From: Octopus sinensis
Lineage: Eukaryota
NCBI RefSeq assembly: GCF_006345805.1
Contig: NC_043018.1
Span: forward strand, 4,030,001-4,094,000
Direction: 5' to 3'
Length of the DNA: 64,000 bases
Position 1 is the first letter of the stretch, and each line of letters begins with the position of its first letter. Both the position numbers and the translations under genes were made by a program. Positions 52,480 to 64,000 of the stretch are shown here, one piece after another. The notes below the pieces were generated by a model. It ran no database searches. It was not told the DNA's origin and saw only the letters and a program-made list of their open reading frames with translations.

Positions 52480-54492
52480 CTTGATGGGTGAAGAACTTAT
52501 CCAAAGTTGTTTGTTATTTATGACGCATCATTTCTTTCTGCAGCTCAGTTGGAATTGAGTTCATTGTAAGCTCCTCTTGTAATCTTTGTTACATTCACAA
52601 TTAGTCATTATCAGCAAAAACCTACAGACCTTCCTCTATCAGTGCCAACCATTTAGCAATAATTTTTGTAGTCAGTTTTTGAGTGTAGGTGTAACTTATG
52701 TTGTCTCCTCAGTATTCTCAGCTTGTTCTAATGGTATCAACTTCTCATTAGCACTAGCAACTCAATCACATCATCCTCTATGACTTTTTCAAATCCTACA
52801 TTCTTTATAAGTGTCACAATATCTTTCCAAATTTGATGTACACTCTCTGCTTGAGGAAGAACTTGCAATGTCATGGATACAGTCTGGTCATCTACTTTTC
52901 CAAGCACTATCCAAAGATGAAGGTTTCACTTCATCCCACAACTCAGCTGTATTATCCACAGCATCCATTATGTAGAATTTCTTCCAGAAATCTTTAACTG
53001 TTTGTATATCCTCCCCATCAATAGCTTTATAAGTTGTTTAAAAGTTCTTCTTGTATAATATGCCTTAAAGTTAGCTAGTACAACTGGAGCGAAAAAGGTG
53101 CATTCATGGGGATATATTCCACTCACATTATCAGAAAGGTCATCTAAGTTCACTGGGTGGTTCAGTGTAGTGTCTGAAAGAAGCAATGCTTTGTTGGAAA
53201 TGTTGTTTGGCACTGTACCACAGACGAATACGTTTATAAATCATTCTCTGAAAAGACTCTGAAAGTCATCCATGCTTTCTCATTTGAATGTCAAATCAGA
53301 GGTAGATTAAACTTTGTGTAACCCTTGAAAGCCCTAAGATTTTCAGAATGATACATGTGTAGGGGTTTTAATTTCATGTTACTAGTAGTATTTCCTGATA
53401 TACATGATATACCCTAACTTTGTCTCCAACAATTCGGTGCGACACCAGTCCAGAATCACCTCCCTCCGACAAGTCATCCTAATGAGACGTCTGCGTTGGC
53501 TGGGTCATGCCCGCCGTTGTCAATCAGGAGAATTCATCTACGAAGCAATTGCCCCAGGTCCCCTTCAGGGTTGGCGAAAGCGATGTGGTGGACAACGAAA
53601 AACCTGGCTGATGACAATCAAGGCTGATCTGGAACCCAACCTAGGCCCCCATATCTATGACGTTCGCCGCTGGAATAAGGAGTGGTTGGAGATCACGCGG
53701 TTGTTAGCCTCAAATTGCCAGGCCTGGTCGGTGTTTGTGAGAGATGCAGCATTGAGGATGAATGAAGCCAGCTCAATCCACCCCGGGTGAATGCTGTCAA
53801 GTCAAGTCAAGTAGTATTTCCTCCCAAAAGACGTATTTCTTCTCAAAACTTGGAAGCTATCAATTTTGGTGTCAATTTTTCTTCTTGAGAAATAAAAGTT
53901 CTAGCAGGCATGTACTTCCAGAAAAGTGCCATTTCATCAACATTGTATACTTGCTTGGGTGTGTAGCTCCCTTCAGCAATCATTTTCTTCAACTTCTCAG
54001 GATAATTAGTAGCAGCCTCTGTATCCGCGCTCTCAGTTTCACCAATCATTTTCATGCCATGCAAATTCATACATTTCTTAAACCTTTCAAACCAGCTTTT
54101 GCTAGTAAAAAAGGTATTTCCTTTAGAAGTTTCACCTTCCTTTTTCTGAAAATCGTTGTATAAATTGTTGGCTCTTTTGAATTACCATTGTGTTTATCAG
54201 CACATTACGCTGATTCTGATGCTCAATCCATACACTCAGTAGTTGTTCCATGACTTTAGATCTATGGAAAAATAAGGTCTGGACAGTTAATGGGGTAACT
54301 TCTTGAGCTCTTGACAATTTTTATACTGTTGTCATGCATTGTTCCACTGTAGACATTGAAAGATTTAATGTTTTGGCAATATAACTTAGTTCTACTAACT
54401 TATCAAGCATTTTTAAAACACCATTTGATATCCAGTGTAATCCTTTATGGTTCCTCTTTGCACTACTGTCTTCAGGTCTACTTGATAGCTTC
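52480..54492 (-). pseudogene. Tigger/pogo-family transposase pseudogene
   Basis: CENP-B-type HTH (..IAKTLNLSMSTV; LLSVWIEHQNQRNV), KQVYNVDEMALFWKYMPARTFI, AWMT, NFKAYYTRRTF, C-terminal acidic region; many stops. TIRs not resolved. Confidence 0.85.
53397..53809 (+). mobile_element. 5'-truncated RTE LINE with (CAAGT)n tail inserted in the Tigger
   Basis: RRLRWLGHARR..GWRKRCGGQRKTW..; 13-bp TSD agtagtatttcct at 53384-53396 and 53810-53822. Confidence 0.9.
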
Positions 54493-56924
54493 TTTCCACA
54501 CATCTTACATTGAAAGCAAATCCAACAACAGTGGCAATTAAATAACCACAACAAAATATGTGGTCAAAATATAATTGGCCAAGGAAACCTGATTTGTGAG
54601 AGCTGAAAATGGTCTTTCTTCCTATTGATGCAATAATGAAATTGAGATGAAAAAGTGAAGGACTGAGGAAGAGAAAGTAGGATAGGATTAGTTTCTGGAA
54701 GAGTCACCTGGTTTTATTGGCAATTTACTCCTTGCATTTCTGATTTAAGACATAAATGTGTGTGCACACGTGCATGCACACACATTGGGGTTGATGGTGG
54801 TGATGAAGTGGGTTGCATTGGTCTTGATCGGAGCTGGCCAATCTGAGGCCCACAACTCACAGACTTTTATCTTGTGGCCTGCTCAATACTTTCTTGAAAT
54901 GGGTGACCTCTTTATTGTGTTTAATTTCAAAATAAAATTGTTAGTGTAAAATAAGAGACTGATAAAATAAGTACTAGGCTTACAAAGAAAAAGTCCTGGG
55001 GGTTGATTTGTTCAACTAAAAGGCAGTGCTCCAGCATGGCCACAATCAAATGACTGAAATGTGTAAAAGAATAAAATGAAAAGTATGAAAAATTCTTGAG
55101 TCTGTAATTTGATTATTTGACTGTGAATGCATTAAGTATAGAAGCAACCCTCGAAAAACTTGCTGTGATTAAAATGGCCAGCAATGCAATTCTGTTGGCC
55201 AGGCCTGATCTAGATGTTAGTCACAGTGTGTGAATATTGTTGGTGTTGAAGTGGTTCTTTTGTTCTTGCTAATTGTATTGATGTAGCTGTTGAGTTTGAA
55301 GTCAATCCTCATAGACCTCAGATCAAACACATTTCATTCAACTTTTCAAATACTAGGCTACACCTTTGTTTTTCTTTGAAATGGATTTATTTCTTTACTT
55401 CTTCATACTATATATTACTGTTGTTGTTGGTGATGATTGTGTTCATGTTGATTGAAACATACACATAAGCACCCGTTCATTACACACACACACACACTAT
55501 GTACATTATATATACGTGTGTATGTGTGTAACATGATGATAATTGTTCAAATCGTTAACTATATGCTTTGATCTTAACTAAAATGCAAGTGGCCATTGAG
55601 CCAAGAAAAAAAAGTAAATTTTAAGTTGTTGACAATTTAAAACTACACAATATGAGTTTCCTGTAAGAGCAAAATTAAAGACCATATCCCAAAGTTAATA
55701 GTCATATTTTAGTTTCCCAATATTCTGAGGTAGCTGTAACGTGAAGCTACTTGTGTGTGCGTGCACGTGTAAGAGAGGGAGTTCATATTTTGCTTATTTG
55801 TCATGTGTTCACTTGTAAACGTGGACATCACTGTGGTGTTATTTGCTTACAGTCCATTGAGAAAGCAGTCCATTCTGTTTGTTACTTGGTAGACTAGCAG
55901 AATATTAGTTTGCTTAGAAACAAATGGAGCAGCTTGCCTTAGAAAACTTTGACCCAACATACTTTTGTCTGATCTATGCAAACATAAAAAACTAGACGTT
56001 AAAGCAATAATGATGATTAATACAATTAACGAATCCAAATTTAATTTAAATCTTTGATTTTTAAAATGAGACAGCTGGAAAAGAGGGTACATACATGCCA
56101 TGTGTATTCTGCTTCAATTATATGGTTTCGATTCTTATAATTGCATGCTGTGGCATAGATACCAGGAGCCTCCCCTAATACATAGGCATACAATATAGGC
56201 AACTGTGAAATTCAGTGTAAAATATTAAATTTATGACTAGGAAATATGTTGAAAATTGACAAAATGGTTATATTTTTGCTAAATGTCTTCTTGAATTTAG
56301 TTAACAAGTATCATGTTGAAATAACTTCTTTTTGGCTAGGGTAACTTCTAAAGGATTAGCATCCACAAATTCTGAGATCTTTTCTTCAATTATCCATGTT
56401 CTAGGCCTTGTGTTTAGGGTGTTTGAACCACAGTCATGATGTCAAAGGATTCAGTTCTTGGACTAGGTGATGTGTTGTATCCTTGCGTAAGACACGTTCA
56501 CGTTGCTCCTGTCTCTTTGGCTCTATTTCATTTGTTGGTGTACTTTTCACCTTTCAGATGACAAACCCTGGTTGTTCTTTTGGGTCAATGTAAGGTAGAG
56601 TTGAGAGGATGTCTATGCTTGCTCATAACTATGTAGGCACCTAAAACAATTGGCAAATGCTTGATACATACTCGTTTGTAGGTGACTGTTGGCTCTTTAC
56701 ATGCTCTGATAAACAACGTTGACAATCCTAGCTGGGTACCTTGAGGTGCTAGTTGACATTTCCATCACTGACGCTATTCTTTGGCTTTAATAAAATCATT
56801 TGGTATCATTGCTTAGTCCTAGATTAGTCCGGATTTGGCTGACCTATGATCAAAGGCGTCCAGCAATAACATTCCTAGTATATTATTATTTTCTTAATTC
56901 AGATATTATCATATTTTATGGCCA

Positions 56925-57274
56925 GGCATGGCTGTGTGGTAAGCAGCTTGCTTTTCAGTCACATGGTTCTGAGTTCAATACCATTGCATGGCATCTTGGG
57001 TGTCTTCTACTATAGCCTCAGGCTGGCCAAAGCTTTTGAATGGATTTGGTAGACAGAAACTGAAAGAAGCTTCTGTGTATGTGTATTTGTCCTCCCACCA
57101 CTGTTTGACAACTGGTGTTGGTGTGTTTGTGTCCCCTTAGCAGTTCAGCAAAAAATATAAGTACTAGGCTTTAAAAAAAAAAAATAAAGTACTGTGTTTG
57201 AGTCATTCAACTAAAAATTTGTCAAGGTGGTGCCCCAGCATGGCTGAGGTCTGATGACTAAAACAAGTAAAAGA
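56925..57274 (+). mobile_element. SINE family 2, near full-length with tRNA-like head
   Basis: ggcatggctgtgtggtaag (A box), ctgagttcaatacc (B box), 3' end as in other family-2 copies. Confidence 0.75.
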
Positions 57275-58099
57275 TCCTGAGATCAGCTTCTACTATTTCT
57301 TTGGTCTTGGTCTTTCTCTTCCAGTTTCCCTCTCCTTGGATGTTTCTTCACTTACTCGTTATGTTTCCCATCCATCACATGCCTGTACCAATGTAATATT
57401 TGTTGTTGCACATTTAAGATGATTCCTAGTTTATCTTCCATAATTTTTTATTCCTCATTGTCAAGTGCTAGATATAGACTCGCATCAAAGTGTAAACACT
57501 CTATAACTTTCTGAAGTATTAACAAGTAAATTGCAAAGTATCTTACTGGCTGGTTGATGTCCTAATCATTGCCTGAATGGGTTTCTATCAAGAGACGCTT
57601 GTGTTAGGTGGGAATGTGTGAGATTAAAATGGGTTTATTAAAACTTGTATACATTTCTCCTAAGCATTTAGATGACTAAATTACTGGTTAGTGATTGGTC
57701 ACAGTCTTTATTTTGGAAGAGTAAACAGTAAAGTGAACTTGATTGGGAATTGAACTCTGGGAATTGAACATAAATAGGCATAACCAAATGCTAAAAGATA
57801 TTTTATCCAATGCTCTACCAATTATACCATCCACCAACCATAGTCTACAATGGTCTGGGAATCCAATGACCAAAGGCTGTGCACTATCTCAGACTCTTGG
57901 AATTTAGAGAAAATATTTGTATGACCTGAATATTCTATAATCCAGAACTTTTTGATATTTCAATCTCCTTCCATCCCACCTCCTTCTGCTACTCACCCTA
58001 AAGTGTAATTTATGCATTGAACTACATTTGAGAAAACTAACTGACTCTGTTTAAGGCCAAAGTTATCAGTTTCCTAACTGGGTTTGTCAGCTTGGAGTT

Positions 58100-58400
58100 G
58101 ATTTACTGAAAATGCACACATTCACGCACTCTCACTTGTTAACATACTCTCACTCACACACCCTCATTTATATGTACACACACACACTCATGCTCATTCA
58201 TATGCGTGTGCACACACACACACTTCCACACCTGCTCACTCACACGTATGCACACTTCCACACTTGCTCACTCACACATACATACTTCCACACTTTCACT
58301 GGTGCTTGTGCACTCACTCGTATATTCACTTACACATATTTCTGTAAGCACACAGACTTACTCCTCTAAGCACACACACACACACTCTTACAAGCATTGA
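58100..58400. repeat. Degenerate (CA)/(CT) low-complexity tract
   Basis: Visible; explains the H/T/L-rich ORFs. A similar degenerate (TG) tract lies at ~37960-38400. Confidence 0.8.
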
Positions 58401-58964
58401 CACATATCTAATGCAGGCAGTCTTATGTGTGTACTAGGATTACTGAAGACGTTCACATTGACATCTCTACTCCTATCTCCACCTTATCCAACATTGATTT
58501 TGAAAATCAAACCAAATGTTAAGTCCTATAATTATATTTTTGGTTTGGAACCTGCTCCTGTGATTAGACACTTTTAGAAATTGTAGAATTTAGTTTTTCT
58601 TAAAATAGATGCATAAAAAAATAACTCTTGATAGAAAAAACAAAATTGAAGACAAATTTTGTCCAAATTTCTTTTCCATTAAATTTATGTATTTGTTTTC
58701 TAATTGCAAAAACGCTTACCTTTTCACTTGCCTCAGTTATGAGTCAGTGGCCATACTAGAGCACAATCTTGTAAGTTTTTTTTTTAAAGTTAGCCATATC
58801 AATCTAGCACTTAATTGTATATATGGTACTTATTGTAGGGATTTCTGTTTAGTACACTACTTTACTCCAAACATTTACCAGTTTGCTGTCAGTTAGGTAT
58901 TCAGAATAGGTTATACAACAGTTAATAATACTATGTCCCTTTGTAATAATCCTTATTATTGTTG

Positions 58965-59001
<37 letters not shown>

Positions 59002-60069
59002 ATTTGAACCTCCGGGGAGATGATGGTGGTGGGGGAAGATGAAGATGAATGGTTTTATGCTGTGCTTGAGAAGACCCATCCATCTCAGCAGAATTGAGGC
59101 TTCTTTTGCAGCTCATCTTCTCACACCCAGTCTTTTATGTTACCCTATTTTCTTCACTTCCCTATACACTGAACTGCTCTCTCCTGCATCCAACTCGTTT
59201 CTTCTCTCTAATCCTGTCACACTATTTTTCACTCAGTGCACATACCTTTTCCCCCTATTCTGTCTCATATTCACCATGTACCTGAACCTCATTGTCCTTT
59301 TATAGGGATTATATTTCTTAAGGGTGATAATTGTTTAAGGGTTTCTAGTTCATGGTTTTGTTGTGTGCACAGACACACACACACTCTCATAGTCTCATTT
59401 AATATCCAGTTTCCATGTATCTATGGGCTGGACAGTTCAACTAGATCTACAAAGCCAAGGGACTGTGTTTCTGCGTCAGTATCTGCTTTGGATGGTTTCC
59501 ATAGCTCGTTGCAATTCCTAATAACAACCACTTTACAGTGTATGCTAGATGCTTTTTGTAGCATCAACAATGGAGATCACCTCATAAGTTGCAAGGCTAA
59601 GAGCCTGAAGTGGCTTCTATAACTAACAGATAATAGAAGAGAGAATGGGTGGTGATTCTTGGCAATGGTGGTGGGATGAGGAAGATAAAATGAGAGGAAA
59701 GATTGTTCGCCAACATAACATGGCAGTCCTGGTTTACGATGAATGTTGCTGTAATTTAGCCCCAGGAGACATCATCTCCAGCTGGCTATATGATATGATC
59801 TGTGTCCTTATATTTTCGAACAAGGGAATCTAGCACCCCCACTCAGCTCAAAACAATATCTGTGTATCATGATTTCCAGATTATTTCCCTTCATCAGCAC
59901 AGAATAATTGTTCAGCTAGAGGTAAAATCTGTATTATGGTCATTAAGATCGTACATAGAAAAGGACATTACAAGACAAACAAATACAAAAATGTTAAATG
60001 AGTTCAAATGAGCATTATGTTAAAAATTTATTTTATATGAATAACTAATTTTTTACCTTTAACTAGAAC

Positions 60070-63000
60070 TTTTTTTAAAAATAAAACAAAGAAATAAAAC
60101 AATAAAAGTTTAAAAGATTGAAGCTGGCAGCCTATAAGTCCCAGCAACTAGCTTTTCCTTTCATCGATGATTAAGCTGGGTTACTGACACCCACCTTTCT
60201 CAACACATCCTTCCATCGTTCCTCATATTCACTCGGTGAACCCCATCTTGCTCTTCAGATGGTATCTGAAGTAACACAGCAAACCAGGACCAGAGACGAA
60301 GGACCCTGTCACAAAACCTTCCATTCTAGTCCTCCAAACACACTCTTTCAGTACTGCAACTGTACAGTAAAAACAAGCCTTACCTTCCTTGAGGGTCCAG
60401 TTGGCGGTATCATCTTTATTATAGATCCAGTTGACAGCTGTACTCGTCCCAGATGCGACAACATGTGTTCGACATAACTTATGAAGCTAGATAGCTCCCG
60501 ATAAAAGCGTGCTGAACGGTTTCAATGTCCAGTCCACATCTTGGACATGTCAGTGGCACTGACAAACTGTGCTTGGATAACTTATCACAAACAGGTAATG
60601 CATTCCTGTAGCACTGCCAGGTCAGGGATTTTTAGTTGTCCAAGTACCCTGGCCTGAAAGTTCTTTTGAACAGGTTGGCAAGTTGGTTCTCATTGAACCC
60701 CAGAGCCCCTCCTAGGACGTCATCACTTTTTGCCTCTACCAGCCCTCTATAGAACACTGAGGTGGTATTCCCACTGCCGGCCTTGCCTGTCTTGTGGATC
60801 AGCCAGAGTGCTAGATGGCATTCATTCTGCCATAAAGTCAGATTACGTTTTTTAATGAAACCGGGTTTAAATCTCTCCAAAGAGGCTGATCGTGGCAAGA
60901 ACTCCTCCGCCAGCTGACTCCACACCTTATCACTCTCCAGGTGGGACCAGAGATGTCTCAGCCTCAATGCATGTCTGCGCATTAGCCAGGGCATTCCCAG
61001 TCCACCCTTTAATGGTTCCTGGCAGCAAACAGAGTGCCTCACAAGTGGCTTTCCTCCCTTCACAAAAAGTGGAAGAGGAGTCATTCCAACTTGTTTAGCC
61101 ACAAATCGGGGCAAGGCACAATGGACAGGTGGTAGGTGGTTACAGATGCTATGAACACCTGCACCACCTCTGCCCTGCCCTTCAAGGACAGGGGCCTTCC
61201 AGACCACTTCCGTTCTATTGCCTTCACCTTGTCCACTACCTTGCTTCAAATTTCTGTCTGGGAGTCTGAACCAAACCAAACTCAAGCAACTTAACAGGAC
61301 CATCTGTCCAGTGTCCAACGACACTGGATGATATTGGCTTGTTCCTCTAGGTGCCGAGGCGCAAACCGATGGACTTGGCATTGTTAACTTTTGCCCCTGC
61401 CAATGCTTTGTATCCTTGGAGAGCATCTTCTACATGAGGTAGTTGTGCTTCGTTGGACATGATGAGGATGACACCATTCGCATAAGCAGAAACAGACTTA
61501 CTGCATCCGATTTCATTTGAGTTGCCTCCAAACTTCTCCAACTTCTGCAGCAATGGCTTAAGAGCCAAAACATACAGAAGCGGAGACAAGGGACACCCTT
61601 GATGAACAGAATGCTTGATTGAAAACGGCTCCGTTAGGTAGCCGTTTATCTGGACTGTGGACTTGATGTCACTGTACATAGCGGAGATCCACCCATGAAA
61701 GCCAGGGCCCAGCCCAGCCGCTTCGAGGACCGCCGCCAGGTATCAATGGTCTACCCTATTGAACACTTTACTTTGGTCTAAATGGCCCAATGCTCCTCCT
61801 TTGACGGCTAATTTCCCAACCCTATCGAAGGTGTAGTGGAGAAGGTGAAGATTATCATAGATCAACCTGCCTGGGATTGTACATGTCTGCGCCTTTCCAA
61901 CAATTTTCTCCATGACAGCCGTCAACCTTTTTGCTAACACCTTCGCCAAAATCTTTAACTCTACATTAAGTAGAGTTATGGGCCTATAATTACAGATACT
62001 ACCCCCCTTGCTCAGGTCTTTCTGGACCAGTGTCACAACTCCCTGGCTCACAGAACTGGGAATCCTCCCATTCTGTTGCCAGTTTGCATAGACACCTGCC
62101 AGTATATCCCTGAACAAGTCCGGCATACAACGATAAAACTCATAGGGCAAACCATCTAGCCCCAGCGACTTTTCCCTGGCACACTCAGCCAACACCTCTC
62201 TTACCTCTGCGGGAGTGATTGGTCCTTCACAGCATTCAGCCTCACGTGCCAAGAGTCGCGGTCCACCAGTTAGGAAGTCCTTTAAGGTCTCTCCCCGCTC
62301 AAGCGGACCACTTTCCCTGAACAACCGAGCGAAATGCTGGTGAAAGACTTTCTGCATCTTCTCCTCTCCATAGATCTTGCGCCCCTGTTCATCCGTTAAA
62401 GACTTTATAGAGGACTTTTTACTTCTCTGATTCTCCTCACGACGAGCCCATCCAGCAACATTAATACCTTCTCGTTTCCCTGCATGTAGCTTAGCTCTGA
62501 CTCTGCAATCTTCATGCTTGGCATTGAGGTGACGGTACAAGACTGTTCTCGCTGCCAACACTCTAGATGCAGAGCCAGATTCCATTGCCTCATCTAAGTT
62601 CTTAACTAAATCGCCCTCTGTTCTAGTCCTATCTAAACCCAGCTGCTTGCTAAATCTAATGGACGCCAAACGGATGGCTCTTTTGTGGGTGTGCCACCAT
62701 CTATTGTTAATGATGGTGCCAATAATGCCCTCTGAACTAACACCTTAATCCGGGTACAGAAAGCTTCACAAGTCAAAATGGACATGTTCATTTTCCAATA
62801 CCCGGGTCTCTGTCTATGACATTTATCTATGTGTACCTCACACGTCACAAGTTTGTGATCTGTGTAAGGCACAATACAAAATTGTAGACAACTAACACTA
62901 TCTCTTTCTTTAATAAATACCCTATCTAGTTACGATCTGCGTGAGCCGTCATTGTTACTCCATGTCCACTTTGGAACGCTTGGCTCATCCAGTCAGTAAT

Positions 63001-64000
63001 GGTCTACTAGATTATAGCTCTGTAGTAGACATTTGAGGCAAGGATTCCCTTTCCTATCAGTTGAGCCCACACTATTGACCTGCGCTTCGAGGATAGTGTT
63101 GATGTCCCCTAAAAAAACTAACGTTTTAGACGTCACTAGAAAGTGCTCCAGTTCCTGATAAAAACCTGACTGCATACCCTTCTGAGAAGCATATACAGCT
63201 ACCAACCTGAAGGATTGTGTACTCACGTATGTCACATCTAGTACAACCAGCCTACCTTCTGGGTCCAGAAAGACAGTACTTATCTGTAAGTCCAAGTTCT
63301 TCCTGATAAGGACTGCCATGCTTGCACCCCCTCCTTGGCTAGGAGAAATAAATTTCTCGTAACCACTCAGAAGAGACGAGAATGCTTGAGGTCCACTCAT
63401 CTTGGACTCGGTTACAATAGCCACATCTATTCTATGTGTCATGAGGTCGTTCAGGAAACAAGCCTGTTTCCATCTCAACCCCATTCCATGCACATTTAAA
63501 CAACCTAACTTAATCATTGAAGAAAGAAAACAAATTTGTAAAAGGGGACATGGCAAGTTTTTGTCTGCCTGCTTCCCCAAAACTCTCCGTAGTTGCTGGG
63601 CTTTTCACCTGTTAGAATGGCTGCCAGGCTGATAACTAGCTTCCCGGCTATCACCTCCTGGGTGACATCTTTGATTAAATTGTCTTTAACATGTTCTTAG
63701 AGCAGTTTTCCTTTCCACTCCTCCCCTCTGACTTTGGCATAATGAATGTCAGACTCTTTGTCTGTCACCTTAAAAAATTTAATGTGTGGGTGTGCTTTAA
63801 TCAAGCATAAAACCCTCTCATTTTTAACATTGAAAGCAACAATCCTGTCTGTTTTTTAAAGCCTTTTAGTGTTAGGGTGGGTGGGCTATGTTGAAACACT
63901 GTCCTGTCCTATCAACGTAGCACTGGCGGGGGATAGGATTGGAAAATTTTTTGTCATTGTTCGTTGGTGTTTGTAGTTTTCCTTTTTGTTTGGGGAGGGG
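60070..64000 (-). mobile_element. Tx1/L1-clade LINE, near full-length ORF2 (APE endonuclease + RT) plus 3' part of ORF1, degenerate, running off the window
   Basis: ORF2 from ATG 63517: LGCLNVHG..VTESK..GRLVVLDV..VAVYA..LGDINT..TDHK; LGLDGLPYEFY; NYRPITLLNVELKILAKVLAKRL; HQGCPLSPLLY; VWRTRMEG near 60330; multiple stops and frameshifts. Confidence 0.92.

Noticed and set aside
55726-55733. TGAGGTAG, the let-7 5' end
   Set aside because: The following bases do not match mature let-7 and there is no pre-miRNA-length hairpin.
55853-55888. 36-nt exon-like segment SIEKAVHSVCYL; similar case at ~48758-48825
   Set aside because: Acceptors are plausible but donors are weak and the peptides unrecognised; expected by chance in 64 kb.

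Overview
AT-rich, microsatellite-dense eukaryotic DNA with no confidently identifiable host protein-coding gene, rRNA, tRNA gene or CRISPR array. The repeat complement (tRNA-head SINEs, (ATG)n-tailed RTE ends, huge TA/TG satellites) looks like an Octopus genome; this is from recall, not a search. The window is mainly decayed mobile elements: piggyBac, hAT MITE, two Helitron helicase remnants, CR1, a full-length but broken mariner, a Penelope-like element (PLE), several RTE fragments, Tigger/pogo, a near full-length Tx1/L1 and many SINEs. Most interesting signals: (1) three unrelated minimal type-I hammerhead-ribozyme-like motifs, all next to TA microsatellites. One has a CUGUUGA core at the 3' end of the PLE, one is a decayed solo remnant, and one occurs in each of two 831-bp tandem monomers with inverted ends (retrozyme-like). 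(2) A 222-bp piece of the local mariner copied in inverted orientation into a CR1 RT at microhomologies. (3) A 39-unit 44-bp satellite that appears to have grown from an internal segment of a MITE. (4) A perfect 27-bp-stem foldback at a tiny LINE-tail insertion. All alignments and counts were done by eye; boundaries of old repeats are approximate.
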